Source: Eledone cirrhosa
Taxonomy: Eukaryota
Assembly: GCA_964016885.1 (NCBI GenBank)
Contig: OZ024741.1
Location: 350,920,001-350,984,000, forward strand
DNA length: 64,000 bases
Direction: 5' to 3'
The notes under the pieces are model-generated. The model was not told the origin of the DNA. It worked only from the letters and a program-made list of their open reading frames with translations, and made no database searches. Below are positions 61,107-64,000 of this stretch, in pieces. Each line of letters starts with the position of its first letter. Within the stretch, counting starts at the first letter, position 1. The position numbers were made by a program, and so were the translations under genes.

Positions 61107-62529
61107 CTAGAAAATAGGACATTAACAACAGAATTAGAAACAGAAACAAACAACAACAAAACTACTAATTGAATACATTTGCCTAGTCTTACTATAACTC
61201 TTAACATGAAACTGCATTAGCAAAATATTCATAAAATGCACTGCATCACATTAAAATTAAAGTCTTTAGTTTGCTTCAAATTTTTACACAGGTTCACTGG
61301 TAAAGATACTATAATCATTTGAATAAACAAACCTATTTTTAGACATTTTCCATTGAACCATTATAGGATGTTAAGAGTTAATATAATACCTGTTTCATAA
61401 TTGTGTAGTATGTTAATTAGATATGATAAATTAGTTCAGATATTTTGGTTGATAAGTCCAGCTGTTATTTAAATTAAACAGTAGTTATAGTGTGTTGGAA
61501 CATATGGTTACTGGTATGTTCAAGCTGGTATCATGTGTAGAGAAAGACTTATACTCAGCTGAGTTATGTTACTGGAAGTGATATTTAGTTATTTATAATT
61601 TGGACAGAATGAGCTAGATTAATAACAGTTTATAGCTGATACCTAGTTCATTGACCCCATGGAGGGACAAAAGGCAAAGTTGACTCTAGTGATATTTGAA
61701 TTCTAAATCTGAAAAATACATCGAGGAACTTTGTTTGCTGCCTTCTTGTTTCAGTCAATTATGTTGAATTTACTTTGGCACAGAGCCAAAAATTTATAGA
61801 GAAAAAGAATGAACAGAATATATAGAGATTAGCAAAGTAAATAATGTAGGATTTAATAAATATCCGACTTCATTTATATACTAGGCAATATCATTATCTA
61901 ATTTCCGTTCCTTTGAAATATAAGGCTTTTGCATTTTTTTTCTTAATTGCTAGGACTGTACACATGATCTTTGCAGGCCCTCCAAGACAGATTGATGCTG
62001 CTGATGTTTAGTTTAAATTATTGCAGGTCAACTCCTGCAAGGAAGACATGGGAAGGGAGAGAATTCCAGATGGCTGACATTCTGAGGTTGAAGGACTGGG
62101 CAAAGAGGTAGGTGCAGGGTCTGGGGGAAAGGGGATAATATGGTTGATATGTAAAGTAAGAATGCCTGAAGTGGCATGTGGTCAGCCAACTTCGAGGAGC
62201 CATTAGTTAAACAAAACCAATATTATTATTATCTAAATGGATTATCTGAAGCTAGTAACATAATTTAAAATGTCTGATCTGCTCTATTAAGATTTATCAG
62301 TGGAAAATCTCATAAACCACTTTGGTAAAAATATTCATTCAAATTTATAAACTTTAAGTAAAACTCCAAATCAACACTCAACTAAAAAGCATAGCTAATT
62401 GAATAATAAGATACTGCTTTTTGATAAGCAATTACAAAACAGACTTATACCCAGCTCTAAAAAGAGGCAATGATTGAGAGTAAAATAGTCCAAATAGACT
62501 TAATCTTACATCCAAGTGAAAGGTAGATT

Positions 62530-62920
62530 GTATGAATGCAGAGGATGTGTGAAGGTCGAAAAGAAAGGAAGCAAGTATGCTCCATTAGATGTGTAACATT
62601 ATTGTTCATGAACAATGAAGTATAGCTGAGTTGAGAGAAAACTGGATACCAGACGAATTGGATGCTGTGTGTAAGAGAGAAGACAAGATTGAGTTGATAT
62701 GGAAACGTAATATATATGGACAATGATGGCTGAGTAAGGAAGTGACAGGACTTCCAATGGAAAGGAACTGCAGAAGAGGTAAACCAAAGAAGATGTAGGC
62801 AGAGTTGATGAAAGCTGATCTCAGGAACCTGAATCACACAAAGCAAATGACAAAAGAATGCAACAAGTGGCAAAATTCTGTTATAAAGGACCTGTCCAGC
62901 CTATGCAAGCATGGAAACTA
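62530..62920 (+). mobile_element. Decayed RTE 3' fragment
   Basis: Degenerate AEDV*RSKRKEASMLH*MCN...RGKPKK. Confidence 0.6.
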
Positions 62921-62957
62921 TACTAACAACAACATATATACTTAAATAACAACATAC

Positions 62958-63046
62958 CTGTTTGGGATATGACATCGATCCATCAATGGGTAAATTACAG
63001 TTTCAAAAAGAGGAATCAGTAAAATAATCAGAATAGGATTTATAGC
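62958..63046 (-). CDS. SLC15A1/2-like exon (TM8); upstream exons lie beyond the right edge
   Basis: AINPILIILLIPLFETVIYPLMDRCHIPN, conserved NP.LI...IP.F...IYP motif; AG/GT boundaries. Confidence 0.92.
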
Positions 63047-64000
63047 CTATTATAATAAAAGACAAACAAATGATACAATTTATAAGATTAAGTATAACAA
63101 ATACTAATTTCTCACATCAATACAACAGTAACTAAAATCACAAATGTGTAAGGAAGAGGTATATTTATTGACTACAACAAAAAGAAGCATTTCAACACTT
63201 TTGTTATAATATTTCTAATGAAAAACATTGCCTATGATTTTCAAATTATTTCGGAAAAGAAATCAAGAATTTGGAAAGAGTTAATAATATAACTAACTTT
63301 CTTGTTATTTAGAGGGTGTTAAAGATTCTTACATAAAATTATAATAGAAGATTTTTGGATTAATATAAATACTTTAAAGCAAATTTTTTTTATCATAGTA
63401 CGTGGGGCAGTTTCAAGTAAGTTTGTAACAGGGGGTTGGCCTTGCAGGAGCCCCGTGACAAACTTCATAGTCATAGTGGGGTCCTTTTTAAGGTGAGGCA
63501 ATGTTTTATGGTTAGACGCCCTTCCTGGTACTAGCTCTTTTAATCACTTCTTGCAACATTCAAGGGTGCAGTGTACCTATTCTAAACCAAACACACATCA
63601 GTATATGTAACGGTGTACAACCTAGTGGACTCATGACTGTAAGGCACTTAATTTTACATTGCCCCATTGGACAAAAATTCATACCAGCAGTTTTCTAGGA
63701 GTTAACTTTGCAATGGACTGGTATACCAGGATAAGCTTTGGCTTGATGAGTATCTAAGCTCAAAGAATACATTTGGTTTTAGAATATTGCTGGTACTCAG
63801 AATGTAAAGGAACACAAATATTACAAAACAATCTATAGCTTCTGTTACACTGTCTTAAAATATTACAGATATCATTTTAATCAAAAGAAAAAATGTAGTT
63901 ATATAAGTTACAGATGGATAAGTAGTTGTTGTATCGATCCAAGTCAGCCATGATTCAGCTGACCTATGATCTGAAATGCTCTAACCATGACCATCTTGTC

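Overview
AT-rich, intron-rich animal genomic DNA dominated by transposon debris. The repeat complement (RTE LINEs with (GAT)n tails, Nin/Deu-like and CORE-like tRNA SINEs, Penelope-like elements, TA microsatellites) suggests a mollusc, probably octopus; this is inferred, not verified. Two spliced genes lie on the minus strand. The first is the 5' part of a USP37/USP26/29-like deubiquitinase (4 coding exons, 25-3576, running off the left edge). The second is the 3' half of an SLC15A1/2-like (PepT) peptide transporter (10 phase-consistent exons, 63046 to the stop at 36461). The most unusual content lies in one SLC15 intron (49703-57806). (i) A Penelope-like element (RT + GIY-YIG) has inverted ~570-bp termini, each with a type I hammerhead ribozyme. 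It carries an ~850-bp GC-rich insert that starts with an exact 20-nt copy of the 28S rRNA R2 target site and contains an HDV-like ribozyme core. (ii) A non-coding 416-bp tandem 1.8-mer has one hammerhead per unit and an 11-bp TSD, resembling a retrozyme. The window also holds a 2.4-kb/1.6-kb tandem triplication whose breakpoints both fall just before a C20 tract, a mariner split by nested RTE insertions, a decayed CR1/L2-type LINE, CRE-like fragments and several MITE families.
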